Source of the DNA: Cetorhinus maximus
Lineage: Eukaryota
Assembly (NCBI RefSeq): GCF_964194155.1
Contig: NC_135888.1
Span: forward strand, 108,748,001-108,812,000
DNA length: 64,000 nt
Direction of reading: 5' to 3'
This document shows positions 63,501-64,000 of this stretch, in pieces. Numbering within the stretch: position 1 is the first letter of the stretch; each line of letters starts with the position of its first letter. Under the pieces are notes generated by a model. The model was given only the letters and a program-made list of their open reading frames with translations. It ran no database searches and had not been told where the DNA came from. Made by a program: the position numbers and the translations under genes.

Positions 63501-64000
63501 TCTGTGTGCTTTGTTCAACTTAAATGAAGCTAGCAGGTGGAGCTAAAAGAAAATTGCACATGTGATGGCCATAGTTAGACAATGAGCAGCTAGTAGGTTC
63601 CCAGTTCTCCCGTTAAATTTTCCATTTATCCAGCTTTTTTCCATTTCTTGCCTTTTTTAATAAATCTCTCCTCACCCTTCCAGCCACTTATCTCTTTCTA
63701 TCCCAGCTGCAACACTTTTCTGTTGCATCTACAAGATCCACAATGCTAGTTTGTTCTAGTTTAAAGCAAGTGATTCCAAGTCTCCTGGGTATGCAGCCAA
63801 TATACCTACAATGCAGTAATTTTTCTTTGAAGCATCTGAAACTATCCAGAAAAGCTAACTTAGTTTCATTTGTTACTTTTAAATAATATATGAAGGTTGA
63901 AAAGTATTTAAAAATCACATCATCAGAGAAAGGAACTGGGCAAGTCTAAGTCATTTTGCAGTTCACATGTGAGTATGATGTGTTATTATAATAAATATTT

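Noticed and set aside
1-64000. Prokaryotic systems (CRISPR array, operon, retron, prophage)
   Set aside because: No regularly spaced repeat-spacer array and no dense coding. Spliced exons and vertebrate TEs show this is eukaryotic intronic DNA.

Overview
This is eukaryotic (vertebrate) genomic DNA, most likely from a shark or other cartilaginous fish, judged from the repeat families (DeuSINE/SacSINE1-like, CR1, L2, Penelope, Harbinger). I can support only one host coding exon: a 249-nt phase 1-1 exon (14080-14328, +) encoding the follistatin-N/Kazal module of a follistatin-like protein, best matching FSTL4. The rest is intronic and dense in decayed, often nested transposable elements, so most entries in the ORF track are spurious or TE fragments. 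Main observations: (1) an APE+RT LINE family whose copies begin with a tRNA-Thr-like (Pol III-type) head and leave no room for ORF1, with a ~380-bp SINE made of that head plus the LINE tail; (2) a near-complete two-gene Harbinger transposon with five MITE derivatives carrying a palindromic core; (3) a Penelope-like element with inverted pseudo-LTRs, a 16-bp TSD and hammerhead-like motifs; (4) templated-insertion scars; (5) inverted LINE copies bracketing the host exon. Family assignments come from motif recognition from memory, not database searches, and the boundaries of decayed repeats are approximate.
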